NCBI GenBank assembly: GCA_023645945.1
Contig: JALAIB010000034.1
Location: forward strand, 1-43,615
Direction: 5' to 3'
Origin: Diploschistes diacapsis
Taxonomy: Eukaryota
DNA: 43,615 nucleotides
Shown in pieces: positions 1 through 11,323 of this stretch (within the stretch, counting starts at the first letter, position 1; every line of letters starts with the position of its first letter). A model generated the notes under the pieces. The model saw only the letters and a program-made list of their open reading frames with translations. It did no database searches and was not told where the DNA came from. The position numbers and the translations under genes are program-made.

Positions 1-200
1 AAGTTATTGAGATTTCTAAATATTACCCTAAATTCCATAAGCAGGGGTGTGGAGATGCAATCCCCACAAATAAAAAAAAGCAGGGGTTTGGGGGTGCAAC
101 CCCCAATAAACCTACCCAGTTTTTTAAGCCTAGATTTTTTACTTAATACTTACTGCTTCGCTTAGGAACTTAAAAGGCGACATCATGTTGTCGCCAGACA
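1..200. repeat. AT-rich degenerate repeat or mobile-element end with tandem hairpin units
   Basis: Two imperfect direct copies (39-74 and 78-110) of AAGCAGGGGT-stem-TGCAA-stem-AATAAA, plus the inverted repeat GGCGACA..TGTCGCC (176-195). TpA-rich context at the window edge. Confidence 0.5.
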
Positions 201-377
201 CATGATATTACTTGTTCCTGCCAAGCTATTGCTGATCCTATTAAATATTCGTTGATCACATATGCGTGCTTCCAGGCATTACCATTCAAGCTCATTTCTT
301 TATATAAAGTCTCGTCATGTTCAACTGCAAACTACAGCAGGACATCTGTTCTAATAACCATTACTGTCAGAGTTTCG

Positions 378-1919
378 ATGTATAGATGTTCAGCGCCTAA
401 TCTTTGCTTAGCAGATCAGCCTACCTCTGCCCCTGCAGCCTGTTTACAGTCTTCTTCGATTCGAGAAAGCGCGCGCCCAGAAGAGACGAAAGAATCAAAA
501 GAGCAGGAACAGCAGCAACAATTACTATCGCCGACAGCGAGCAACTCAATTGAACATAAGAGGAAAAGATCGTTATCTCACAATAGCCGTGAAAAGCACG
601 ATCCTGATTACAAGAAGTTGAAGAGTGCTCCTCGGACGCCGGACAGCCTCAAGGTAATCCTTGACGATCCAGTCGCGCACTGGGCTTCAACCAACTACTG
701 GCCGCCAAATTTCAGCGAAGAGGGCCGCAAGATGTCCTCCGAGCCATCAAAAAAACGAAAGAACCAATCTGAGTCATCTACTACACGAAGGAGCGAATCT
801 GATTCCGCTTCTAAACAAACACGCGAGGCACTTCACCGCTTTGGTATTATCTCCCAGATGCAACAACATGGCATCATCATGGCGGCTTCAAACCTGATGA
901 AAGAGGAGAGCCGCGAACTCTGCAACAAGCTATTAGAAGGAACTCGATCACCCGTCAGCTATCCCTGCTTTCCTGTTGAAAAGTTGTTCGATGTTCTCGC
1001 ACGGCTTGAAGACGCCAACGAGCCGAGAATCCAAAGGGATATATTACCTTGGGTTGTGCCTTCCGTCGAAAACCTTCATTTCTCTGGAGAACCAGGCTTA
1101 GCATTCATCAGAGAAGAGCTTTCAACCGACTGGACAGGATGTGCAACAATGGGGGCAACCCGTCCCAAACCGGATTATGTGGCTGGGTTGCCCGAAAAAG
1201 CTTTTAGCAGAGATGAGCTTGACATACTGAAGAAATATGCTACACCTACCAGACCTTTCCGATTCACAAATGAGCTTTGTTTTCCATTCCTTATTTGTGA
1301 GGCCAAAAGTGGAGAAGTAGGCTTGAATCGAGCGAATCGACAGAATTTACATAGCGCTGGCATCGCCGTCAGGGCTCTTATCGAGCTGCATTGGGCCGCT
1401 TATGAACAGGACGATCCTCATGTACCATACGGCCAAGTACTTGTTTTTACCATATCTCACAACCATAATACAGTGGACATCTACGGCCACTTCGGCATGC
1501 TTGCCGGCGATGGTGCTGGCAAACTCGAAATTTATCGCCGTCAGATTGCCCTATATAGCTTAAGCTTGAACGAAGGCAGAGATCGAAATAAATCTTATAA
1601 CTTCGTTTATAATGTTTACCAACAATTCGTTCCTCAACACTTAGCGAGGATCAAGGAGGCTGCGAAACAAATGTTCGAAAAGGAAAAACGGGCTGGGGCG
1701 TCAACAGGAGAATCTAATATGACACGGGCAAATACACAGCTGATGCAGAATGCAGAAGATCCACCTCGACAAAGCAGTGATGCCTTCTTGCGTCCTGGAA
1801 CACCCCCTAGTTTTGTTATCGAACGCCGGGAGATGAAGGAACAGATGGAAGCCATGAGGAAACTAGTGGATGAGCAAAGCAAGCTTATTGCAGATCTTAG
1901 AGCCTCCGGGAACTTGTGA
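378..1919 (+). CDS. Fungal PD-(D/E)XK-like domain protein (DUF7924-type)
   Basis: Long ORF with motifs RPKPDYVAGL, FPFLICEAKSG, ANRQNLHSAGIAV and FTISHNH..YGH typical of this fungal family. Basic NLS-like clusters and a C-terminal coiled coil. First in-frame ATG at 378, TATA-like TATATAAA at 301; start uncertain. Confidence 0.75.
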   Translation: MYRCSAPNLCLADQPTSAPAACLQSSSIRESARPEETKESKEQEQQQQLLSPTASNSIEHKRKRSLSHNSREKHDPDYKKLKSAPRTPDSLKVILDDPVAHWASTNYWPPNFSEEGRKMSSEPSKKRKNQSESSTTRRSESDSASKQTREALHRFGIISQMQQHGIIMAASNLMKEESRELCNKLLEGTRSPVSYPCFPVEKLFDVLARLEDANEPRIQRDILPWVVPSVENLHFSGEPGLAFIREELSTDWTGCATMGATRPKPDYVAGLPEKAFSRDELDILKKYATPTRPFRFTNELCFPFLICEAKSGEVGLNRANRQNLHSAGIAVRALIELHWAAYEQDDPHVPYGQVLVFTISHNHNTVDIYGHFGMLAGDGAGKLEIYRRQIALYSLSLNEGRDRNKSYNFVYNVYQQFVPQHLARIKEAAKQMFEKEKRAGASTGESNMTRANTQLMQNAEDPPRQSSDAFLRPGTPPSFVIERREMKEQMEAMRKLVDEQSKLIADLRASGNL

Positions 1920-2049
1920 GATAAGGAAAACAAGACATCATTGCATGAATTCAGAACATGTATCCAAGCAATTAACCAAGCTATAACATGAGGGCATCAC
2001 TCACAAGGTTCAAGAGAACAGGTGAACATGAAAGCGTGTTATTCCACTT

Positions 2050-4125
2050 CTATTTACTAGGTCCTCCTCCGCCCAGCTGTGCCTTGTTGTTTCCCGGTCC
2101 TCTGCCAAGGATCGCCTTGATGTTCATACCTTGAGCATTAGGGATCTGATTCAACTGCCCAACTGAACCCGTTGGAATCTGAAAGGTATTTCCAGCTAGA
2201 TGTTGCTCATCATATACAATGGTGTCATTGCTAGCCTCGACGTTTCTCGAGTAAAGTTCCGTGTTCACCCCTCCCCCAAGGCCGACGCCGCCGAAATTAA
2301 ACTGCTGCGCGGTGGTCCCGTAGCTGTAGGACGCGTTGGCGGCCGAGAAGTATTCTGCCGAAGCCTGTTGGGTGGTACTGAGCTGCGAGCCGGCGAACTG
2401 TGGCAGATTAGGGATACTGATTGTCTGTTGTCCGAGTGGCAGCGAGCCTCCCCCAACAGGGAAGATTACTGGCGAAGAAGAGCCCGATACGTTAAAATTC
2501 TGAACACCCTGCGGGAAAACGGACGGACCAAGTGTGAGGAGGTCCTCGCCACGCGAAATTGTACCGTTAATGCCGACGGATGTTGAAGTCTCTGCATAGG
2601 AGGAGTTCACGACCAAAGGATAGTTATAGGTATGGTAATATCCGTAGCTCCCAGCGTCCATGGCCGTGGTGTTCTGTGAAGTCAGTTGGACCAGACCTTG
2701 GTTGGACAACTGGTTGTAGTTTTCATAATTGAGACTCTGTGTCCACGAAACGGGAAACGAACCAGCAGATGTCCTGATGGTGGAGCTAATTGAAATCTGC
2801 CGTTTTGCGGTGGTAGAGTATGTGAGGGTTTCGTTGGCTCCAGTAGCGTTTTGAGTGACTGCAGACGAAATGCTGAACGCCGGAGCCGGAGCGGATATTG
2901 TAGGATGGGTTCCGGTTGTATGAGCCCCATTCTTATCCAGGAAGAGGAAAATGGTTCCTGAAACGAGCCAGTATGACCCGGGTATTTCGGCTATGGAGGC
3001 ATGTCCCTTTCCATCATCATTGAGCGATGCGACCCTAATCTCAAAGGTGTGAGAGGCGCCGTTGAGGAGAATGGGCAGTAGAGGCGTAATGTCGATCTCG
3101 GATTGTCGAAGATCGAAAGCATCAATACCGACTATTGGCCTATTCGAGATAAGTCAAGACGAGCAAACGGCAGGGCAAGTCATACCTCCAAAATCCCGGT
3201 ACAATCCCACCAGTGAAGATGATGGGGAAAGGCCAAGCTACTCCAACTAATTGCCCATCGATCAACAATTGCACCTCCCTCCAGGTCCCACTGCCGAGCA
3301 GAGATCCGGTTGTGTTCGCAAAGGTATCAACATCCGAGTTGAAGACATTTGAATACCAAAATTCCTCGTCGATCTGACCGCAGTAAGCAAGTGAGACCAC
3401 GGCGCGCTCCACATTGTTTGGTAGGGTGTAGGCCGTGCTCGCGTTCTGGTTGGGAATTTGGAATACGCTCCCGAGGTTGTTTGCAGAGCTTTTGGATGAA
3501 ATGGGAAGTATAGTATCTGCCGTTGCTGGAGAGTCGGGTATGGTAAAGAAGGTTGCAGTCAAGGTAGTGTTCAAGATGCCAGTATACGTTGAGTCAACCA
3601 CATTGTCGATGTCGAAGATGATCTTCTGGGGCTCGTGCCATAGCACATTGTACTGCTGCATCTCCTTGACATACATCCAAACGACGCCGTCTATGGTCGG
3701 CTCCGCTGTCGAGGTTCGGAAGACTTCGGTGTCTCCGAGATACATGAAGCCAAGGCGATCGAACTGACGACCTTTGACGGCTACGGTAAAGTTCATCGTT
3801 ACTCGGTTGAACGAGCAAGGCGGTGGAGTATAATTGCCTAAGGAGTCAATGCAATTCTCCAGTATCAACCACCACCCATGAACTTACCAACAAATGGCGT
3901 CCCATAGCTGTTCGCAAAGTCGTACTGCATTAAGGTCTTCGTATATACGCAGCCATACTGGTTGCTTGGCCCGGACGGTGTCAATACGGGCTCATAGACT
4001 TGAAAGTCCGTAAGGACACCAGAGCCCGGGGCGCCCTGACGCTTTACCAACGCATTGTCAGGCGCCGATGCTTGAGCTCCAAAAGCCGCAAGAGCAAATA
4101 CGCACAGCTGGAGGAAGGAAAGCAT
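2050..4125 (-). CDS. Secreted peptide-N4-(N-acetyl-beta-glucosaminyl)asparagine amidase A (PNGase A family)
   Basis: Three exons (4125-3888, 3837-3186, 3139-2050) joined by GT-AG introns 3838-3887 and 3140-3185. Signal peptide; motifs FANSYGTPFVGNYTPP, GRQFDRL, FRTSTAEP, EEFWYSN, WPFPIIFTGGIVPGFWRPIVGIDAFD. Confidence 0.93.
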
Positions 4126-4779
4126 ACTGGGTTTCTCGAGCCAGTGCCGTAGGGAGCAGGCCCAAGATCCCTAATGCTACCGTGAGTAAACTGCAGAAGA
4201 TGAGTCGAAGCCACGCACCTGCGAGAGCAACTTCAAAGGAACGACGAGATCTCATCTTGACTTTTATTCCTCCGCAACTCAAAGCTCCACAACAAGCTAA
4301 AGAAATCAAAGTCGCTAGCTAGAAGCCGTATCTCATCATGAAACCAATGAGGGGGGAGCAAGCCCGTTGGAGCTTCCATTTGCGGCAAAGGCTGTCTGCA
4401 CCCGGATAAAGGTCGATCTTAAGCATCATCATTCTTACTACCCCGGTTTTAGATAGAGCTCGATGGTAAGTTCTAGCTCAAGTTATCGTGACATTTTTAT
4501 TTTATTGTCCGAAAGGCCCGGCATATAAATGTATCCCTCATCAGTCTTGGGATCTTTTCGCAGTGTCACGTTATCCCCGAGTTTCCCAATCATGTACAAA
4601 GGGTTTATGCCCCTGTTCCCTACAGTTATCTACTACCATGGAGGATCTTATTGAGTCTTCTCTATCGTTTTCCTTATGCTGATGGAAATGCTCCTGCGTC
4701 GCCTCAGCACTCTAATATACAAGAAATCCCTTCATCAATTTCTCTTGCACAATGTTCATAGTGGAAAGCTCTGTTTAAG

Positions 4780-5110
4780 AGACCTTACATCCAGCAGAAA
4801 GACGCCGGGTGGCTCCCCCTCTTCTCGCGATATAATGGAATCGAGATCGTTAGCATCAGATACCGGCTTAGCACTTCAGGGAATGCTACTGTCAAACAAA
4901 TCTCGATTAAGCTATTGTTGCTCGACTAGCCACATCTTCTTGCTGGTGTCTAAATTTTTCATTTGTTGCTACATATCTGCACTGGGTGCCAGAAGTCGTG
5001 GCCCAGCGAAAATAGCAATTACACCTGTAGACTTTGCATGGGCTTGGAATTTTTCCAAGAAATACCTCAAGTATATCCCTAGCTCCGATTCACTACATAA
5101 CAGTTTTCAT
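4780..5110 (-). pseudogene. Possible degenerate coding relic of unknown family
   Basis: The minus frame mirroring the 147-aa + ORF reads protein-like (KLLCSESELGIYLRYFLEKFQAH...EEGEPPGVFLLDVRSLKQSF) but is interrupted by TAG/TGA codons compatible with C>T changes from CAG/CGA. Confidence 0.3.
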
Positions 5111-5327
5111 GAGGTTTGAAGCTGGTTTGAGCCCAAGATCAGAGAATCAAGATTGATAAGTTTGGTGACAAAGGCGCTTGCTGTACGCTACGCTAGGCCG
5201 CAACTTCTGACATGTAGCCTTGATCCTCACTCACCCGCCATCGAGCATGAAACGGCAGTAAGAACTCTCTCCCTTACAAGCCAGATCTGCACAGACATCA
5301 CACACTCTCCTGGGTTCTGCGGCCACC

Positions 5328-6635
5328 ATGGACCTATTGACGTTTCAGTTGCGTAGTGAGATCGCCTCACTCAGAATCCAGCTAGCGGCGGCTTTCAAGG
5401 AGAAGGCAACCGCGGAGCAGTCACTGCTGTATGTGGTGAAACTGCTGGCTGGAAACTCATTGGAGCCGCGATGCTGCTCACATAGTCTCGGCCATGGCGA
5501 AGACCCAATCCCAGTCGCTGAAGAACGGCACGATGCTCCCACCAAGGACGCCGTCGATATCGCTCCAGAAGGTGAGTCAGCAGATCGTCACCTTGAACAT
5601 GGCATCCTCGATGCGCCGCCTAGACTAGACTTGCCAATCCGGGGACTTAGAACTGCGCACGACGGAGAGTCCGAGCTGCTTGGCCCTTTGCTTTCCCTAG
5701 CGCCAAGTACGCAGCCCACAACCGACGCCATTCATTACGCTTCGTTCGCGTCAAACCGGCAGTCTCCTACTGAATCGTTCAGTACCCCTAGCTTTCGATC
5801 CAACGAGTCTGGCCAGGTTTCAGGTCTCGACGGTGCAGTTCCACCTCCTCGCCGCATTGCTACGAGGCAGCTCCAATTGCACGGTACCGCAAATCAACTG
5901 TCCTGGTACCGCGACCGTGCGCTTCCCACCTACTTCATCCACGGTCTTCAGTACAAAGTCCTCTGTGCCCCCCAGTGGGCTTTTCGCTGCGTTGTACTCA
6001 CCGGTCTGCCCTCCAAAGTAAATGTGTCGGGTCTTCTTAGCAAGATTCGTGGTGCAACGGTAGTTTCTTGTCGGCTCATGGACACGACTCGAATCACGAA
6101 CAAATCCAGTGCTTTACTGAGGTTCAAAGACGAATCGGAAGTACAGGATTTTGTTCGGCACACCGCAAAGCATCCTTTGGTGTTCTTTGGACATACGGCC
6201 AGGACTGCACTCATTCAGAAGCCCTCCTATCCTTTATCCGAAATTTTGCACTACAAGATCTTTTTCGAAGACTACACGCGGTGCTTGAAGATTGCCAGGT
6301 ACGCGGAAATCAACAGCCGCAAGGTTCCTGAAGCATGCCTGCGGTCGAAGATCTGGGCAAGTGTTGCGGTTGCACAAACCATACTTGGCCCGGATGGAGC
6401 ACTCTCCATTGATTTCACATCGATCCAGCAGGCGAGCAATGCCTATGATTATCTTCTGGAGTGTGGCGTACCCATAGCCGACTTATCATTCGCACCTGAC
6501 CCTTGCGCTCAGCCATTTCGGAAGCACTCCGGCTCCTTTGAGGAGGTCTTGGCAGAACAAGGGTTTGATGCAGGAATGAGCTCAGAGGATAGTAAGAAAA
6601 CACCCGAGGGCAGCGAAGATTCTGCGGCTGAGTAA
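5328..6635 (+). CDS. Fungal RRM-like nucleic-acid-binding protein
   Basis: 435-aa single ORF with an N-terminal coiled coil and two degenerate RRM-like units (RCVVLTGLP..IRGATVVS..SALLRF; TRCLKI..SIDFTSIQQA..FAPDPC). Confidence 0.7.
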   Translation: MDLLTFQLRSEIASLRIQLAAAFKEKATAEQSLLYVVKLLAGNSLEPRCCSHSLGHGEDPIPVAEERHDAPTKDAVDIAPEGESADRHLEHGILDAPPRLDLPIRGLRTAHDGESELLGPLLSLAPSTQPTTDAIHYASFASNRQSPTESFSTPSFRSNESGQVSGLDGAVPPPRRIATRQLQLHGTANQLSWYRDRALPTYFIHGLQYKVLCAPQWAFRCVVLTGLPSKVNVSGLLSKIRGATVVSCRLMDTTRITNKSSALLRFKDESEVQDFVRHTAKHPLVFFGHTARTALIQKPSYPLSEILHYKIFFEDYTRCLKIARYAEINSRKVPEACLRSKIWASVAVAQTILGPDGALSIDFTSIQQASNAYDYLLECGVPIADLSFAPDPCAQPFRKHSGSFEEVLAEQGFDAGMSSEDSKKTPEGSEDSAAE

Positions 6636-7071
6636 AGACAGAGAAACGAGAGAAGGGCAATTTGGGGCATGGCGGTTCGATCATATCTGCTTGTCGTTAA
6701 TCTACTAGACTACATACATGCTTAAAACAGCAGCAAGGAATATGAAGCATTTTTACCAAACGATCCCGGTCGTCCCGTCTGTAGTCATGCCAAGCCAAGC
6801 TATGACGGCGTGGAGGATCCAAAATTTGAAGAAACGCCCCCAGAACTCACCCTCGGGATCCGCTAAGCTCACTTCTGTGAAGATCCCGACGTAGTTGGGG
6901 GCTTTCCTGATAGTGAAAGAACTGCCGTGCACACGAGGGCCCGTAGGGTGAGGGGAAGGATTGGACGCTGACGCCCAAGACGGCAGGTGTTCCCATGCTA
7001 TATAGAACCGCATAGAGTCCGCAACTTTCATCTGCTGCCGCTCCATTTAGAGTTTGTTCCTTGCAGCTGCC

Positions 7072-8746
7072 ATGAACGAGAAAGTCGGCACACAGCTAAG
7101 TGCTGGAAATGAGTCGCCTCCGCTCCGTGATGTGGAGAAGGAGGCTATCGTCGGCAATAGCTTTCGCGACCTTCCGCCAGACCCGGACGCAGGGCTGAGC
7201 GAGGAGGAAAAGGCCAAGATAGACAAGAAACTGGTGCTGAAGCTCGATCTGAAGCTTATACCCTGGTTATGTTTGCTCTATCTTGTAGCTTTCCTTGACC
7301 GTAAGTCGCATTGATATGCAGGCTAGCGCGACTAATAACCCCCCAGGAACGAACATTGGCAACGCAAAGCTCGCGGGCCTGCCAGAAGCCTTACACTTGT
7401 CATCGAGCGGCTCCCAGTACAACACGGCGCTTTCCTTGTTCTTCATCTCCTACTCGCTCTTCGAACCCGGAACCAACGTTCTTCTCAAGCGCCTTCGACC
7501 GAGCGTCTTTCTGCCGGTGACGATACTCATCTGGGGCGTCTGCATGACTTGCATGGGCTTGACGTACAACTTCTCGGGGTTAGCGGCAGCGCGCTTTTTC
7601 CTAGGGCTGGCAGAGGCTGGGCTGTTTCCGGGCGTCAATTACTACTTGAGCTGTTGGTATAAGAGAAGCGAGTTCGGTCTTCGCGCGGCCATATTTTTCT
7701 CCGCTGCTGCCTTGGCTGGTTCTTTCGGTGGTTTGCTTGCCTATCTTCTTGAGAAGATGGATGGCATTGGGGGGAAAGGTGGTTGGGCGTGGATTTTCAT
7801 CATCGAGGGTCTTGCGACTATCTTGATCAGCATCGCCTCTTTCTGGATGGTCCACGATTTCCCAGATGACGCTACGTTCCTATCGGACGCAGATAGGGCC
7901 AGAGTAATTCGTCGTTTGAAACTCGACAAGCAATCCAGCGCCGAACACGAACAGTTCAAGATGGAATACTTTTGGGCGGCAGTCAAAGACTACAAGACAT
8001 GGCTGCTAAGCATTGTGTACATGGGGGCCGATGGTCCACTATACGCTTTCTCCTTGTTTTTGCCAACCATTATTGCGAGTCTAGGGACTTACTCGACGGT
8101 CCAAGCACAATTACTCACCATCCCACCATATGCTGCAGCGACCATCTTAACGGTTGCGGTTGGCTTCATTGGCGATCGCACCAAGGCTAGGGGCATTTGT
8201 AATATAGCAGTCTCGCTCCTGGGTATTATCGGCTTCTCAATGCTGCTCGGGGCAAAATCAGGTAGGTTGCTGATACTTCATATTCTACGAGGCTGATGAT
8301 TCGCAGCTGGTGTACGCTATGCGGGAACATTCCTGGGGGCGCTTGGAATATATCCGTGTATACCGAATACCGTATCATGGGGCAGCAACAACATTGAGGG
8401 CGTATACAAGCGAGGCATTGCCATGGGTATCTTCATTGGCTGGGGCAACCTCAATGGCGTCGTCAGCAGCAATATCTACCTCCCATCCAACGCACCGGGA
8501 TATGAGATAGGGCACGGAGTTGTCCTAGCCTATCTGGTCCTTTTCTTGTTTGGGGGCAGTATCTTGCAGACCATCCTTCTCCGTCGTGAAAATCAGAAGA
8601 GGCTATCGGGTAAACGGGATTACTGGGTGCAAGGCAAGACACATGAGGAAATTGAGCTTTTAGGGGACAAGAGGTACGTAAGAGCCCCGTCCCGTCGTAG
8701 GTTCCCACTCATGGTTTGCAGACCCGACTTTTTGTACGTAGTGTAA
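7072..8746 (+). CDS. MFS transporter, anion:cation symporter (allantoate/nicotinate permease-like)
   Basis: Four exons; introns 7301-7346, 8262-8306 and 8674-8721. Motifs LDLKLIPWL..FLDRTNIGNAK, RFFLGLAEAGLFPG, WYKRSE..R, GWAWIFIIEG, NIEGVYKRG and C-terminal GDKRPDF. Confidence 0.95.
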
Positions 8747-9911
8747 GCTTTAGCTAGTATATAGACATATGGTTGGACATTTCCTATCCGAAGAGGTTAT
8801 GAAGGCTGAATTGAATTGGGTTCCCTTGAAATTGTGCCATATTGTCAGCGACCACAGATGAAGAGCCTGCACACCTCATGCCTGTCAATGCAAACCATCA
8901 ACAAGTAATCAATGGGCACAAACGAGTATATGGAAACTGAAAAGCTTAGACTCAAGCGCTTGATAGTCTATTGTTTTTTTTTTTTTTTTTTTGACTGCAT
9001 AACTTACCAATCTGCCAGCAAAATGCCGCACTTTTCCATCCAGACCAGTCAGCGGGATTTTAGGGAAAGCTCATGCCGAGTTTCCGCTGAGGGCACAGCT
9101 AAGCTTTGTACCAATACTAGCATCTCGGCCAAGAATCTGTAGGTTAGTGAACTACAAGTTAAAGATGGCAACAAACGAGGGAATAATGAAGGAATCCGTG
9201 CACAGAGAAAGGTTTTCCTTTCCGCCTTCCCTCGTCCTAGAGGGATTTTCCTGTCAAGTGTGTCGAAAACAGACAAAATCCTCTTGAATTAAAATACAGT
9301 TGGAAAGCAGTTTTCCGCACTAGGCCAGGTTCGGATAGCTTCCTCATCCCCGGCAGTTTGACGCTTTCACGCTCCACTCCGACTTTTTTCCTGTCAGACT
9401 CTCCGTCTCTCTTCCACTTCACCTCGCAAGACTTCAATCCAATTTACCTATTGCTCTTCGTTACGCGCGCGCTCTTTGGAGTCCTTGATAGCCAATTGTG
9501 TCCGAGTCGCACCTCCCACAAAGCTTGCGATTGTAAGTCGTCAAATTCTCGTTAATACATCCATGGCAAACGTTCCCGCAACAGAAGCTTTCCCCACGTT
9601 CTCGGCATGTTTTGGTAGTGCATCGAACCAAGACGGTCAAGATTTAAAACCGCCTTGAGGCTTCTGTCACTGCGAGGAAAGACTTGGATCGTTATTGCCA
9701 GTCTTATGATCGCTTTTCTTCCTCCCATGCCTCACCTGCGGTTGCTAACCCGTTGCAAAGCTTGCCAGATAACTCCCGGGTCTACCCTCCCTCGGTCTTT
9801 CGCAAATCGTCACCTCCTCCCACAAAGGGGTATGACAGAACCACCACCTCCGCTCCCCATGCGCTTAAGGTTTAACCAATTTGTTCCAGGCCAATACTTC
9901 CCTCGATCGAA

Positions 9912-10124
9912 ATGCCTGCCCTCGACTTCTCCCAGATCCTCCCCCGCGAGAGCTCCCGCATGCTGCAAAGGCGCGGTGTCGCAGCATGGCCGGGCCAAAA
10001 CGCCGGCGTCATGGTCGTGTTCTGCATCGTCTTCGTAGTCGCCGTCGTTCTGCTCGGCCTGCTCATCTCCAAGAAGCTTGCAGCACGCAGGGAGCGCAGA
10101 GAGAGGATGAACGCTCACAAGTGA
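9912..10124 (+). CDS. 70-aa single-pass membrane microprotein
   Basis: ATG in an AAATG context and strong GC3 bias. One TM helix (GVMVVFCIVFVVAVVLLGLLI) followed by a positive-inside tail (SKKLAARRERRER). Resembles small uncharacterised Pezizomycotina proteins (from memory). Confidence 0.7.
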   Translation: MPALDFSQILPRESSRMLQRRGVAAWPGQNAGVMVVFCIVFVVAVVLLGLLISKKLAARRERRERMNAHK

Positions 10125-11323
10125 TGGAGGGGAAGCGGGGGGAGCATGTTGGTTTCGGGTGCGAGGCAGGGCGGGCGCGGTCGTGAGCGGTAATGCCAGA
10201 GCTTGACGGGCCAGTATGCTTTATGGAGTCGCCCCGCCGTGCGAAACAGGATCTTGCGAAAAAAGGGAAAACGGGTTCGGATACTTGTGACCGTTGTACA
10301 GATCCGTGGTGGTCGAGTCGAGCGGGTTCAACTTTGCATTATAAAAATCTATCAATTCGGCCAAGGAGTGACTTGTCTTTGCCCTTGGGAGGAGAGAGCT
10401 TTCGGAGGTAGAGAACTTCCAATCCCCAATCCCCACCCTAGCCGTTTTGGACAGATAGTTGCTTCGTCTCGAGTCCTTCGTGTGGGCCCACCACCCCCTT
10501 GAATAAGTCACCCACCAACTCTGTTCGGAGCTTGGCGGTTCAAGCCAGACGGAGTCCTCCAGCTTCAAGCACTATACAGTCCATGGGATCTTGTCGTTTT
10601 GCTCCAAACGTTTGAAGACTTCGAAGGCCTCTGATGTGCTTCGTTTCGCGGTCCCAGCCGCGAGAGGTGATGAACATGTGCACGCAACGTCGCTCATCAG
10701 CATCGTATGTTGCCTGCCTACCAACGTTGGTTGTTTTCCTCGCTTCGAATCGGGGAGGTGGTCCCGCCCAATAGTGCAAGCACCCGGTCATTAATCGTAG
10801 AGGCGTTTCGGGGGCAGCGTTCCACTCGGCCGGCTGCTTCTCGATGCAGACTGCAACTGTGGATTGCGAGGTAAAGCAATCGGCTGCTTGAAAAAGAGGA
10901 CGACCGTGAAAGAAAGTTTAAACATTTACTCTTTTTGTTCATCTCCTCGAGATATTACATGAGTGATACATGAAAACTATGTACATGGAAAGGGATGCGC
11001 CACGATGCGCCTGTGGCATGCTTCGCCAGCCGAACATACCGCGTCTTGGCCTCCCAGATGTGATCGTCAGAGCTGTCGGTTTATTATTGCTCCGTTTTAT
11101 ACATCCTTCACCACAATCCTTGTAACCGTTCCTCCTCCCGGGTATCTTTTTGCCCCTGATGAATGCTCCATGCGGGAATTGCCCAGCATCTGGGATCTGG
11201 AGAACCGAATCTCGTAAAAAAAAAAAAAAAAGAGGACGTCAAGGAAATCGTAAACTCGGACGTCTCAACCATCATAATGCGTACTAATATAATCTTCGAG
11301 AAGAGTCTGTCCCCCCGCATCCG

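Noticed and set aside
4676..5119. 147-aa + strand ORF
   Set aside because: Leu/Ser-rich with no motif; it looks like the antisense shadow of a decayed minus-strand frame.
6753..7046. 97-aa minus-strand ORF between the RRM-like and MFS genes
   Set aside because: It occupies the roughly 430-nt MFS promoter (TATA-like element near 6998) and has no recognisable motif.
8974..11231. Poly-T (about 8974-8992) and poly-A (about 11216-11231) tracts as retroelement tails
   Set aside because: No TSDs or adjacent element body; these are ordinary intergenic homopolymers.
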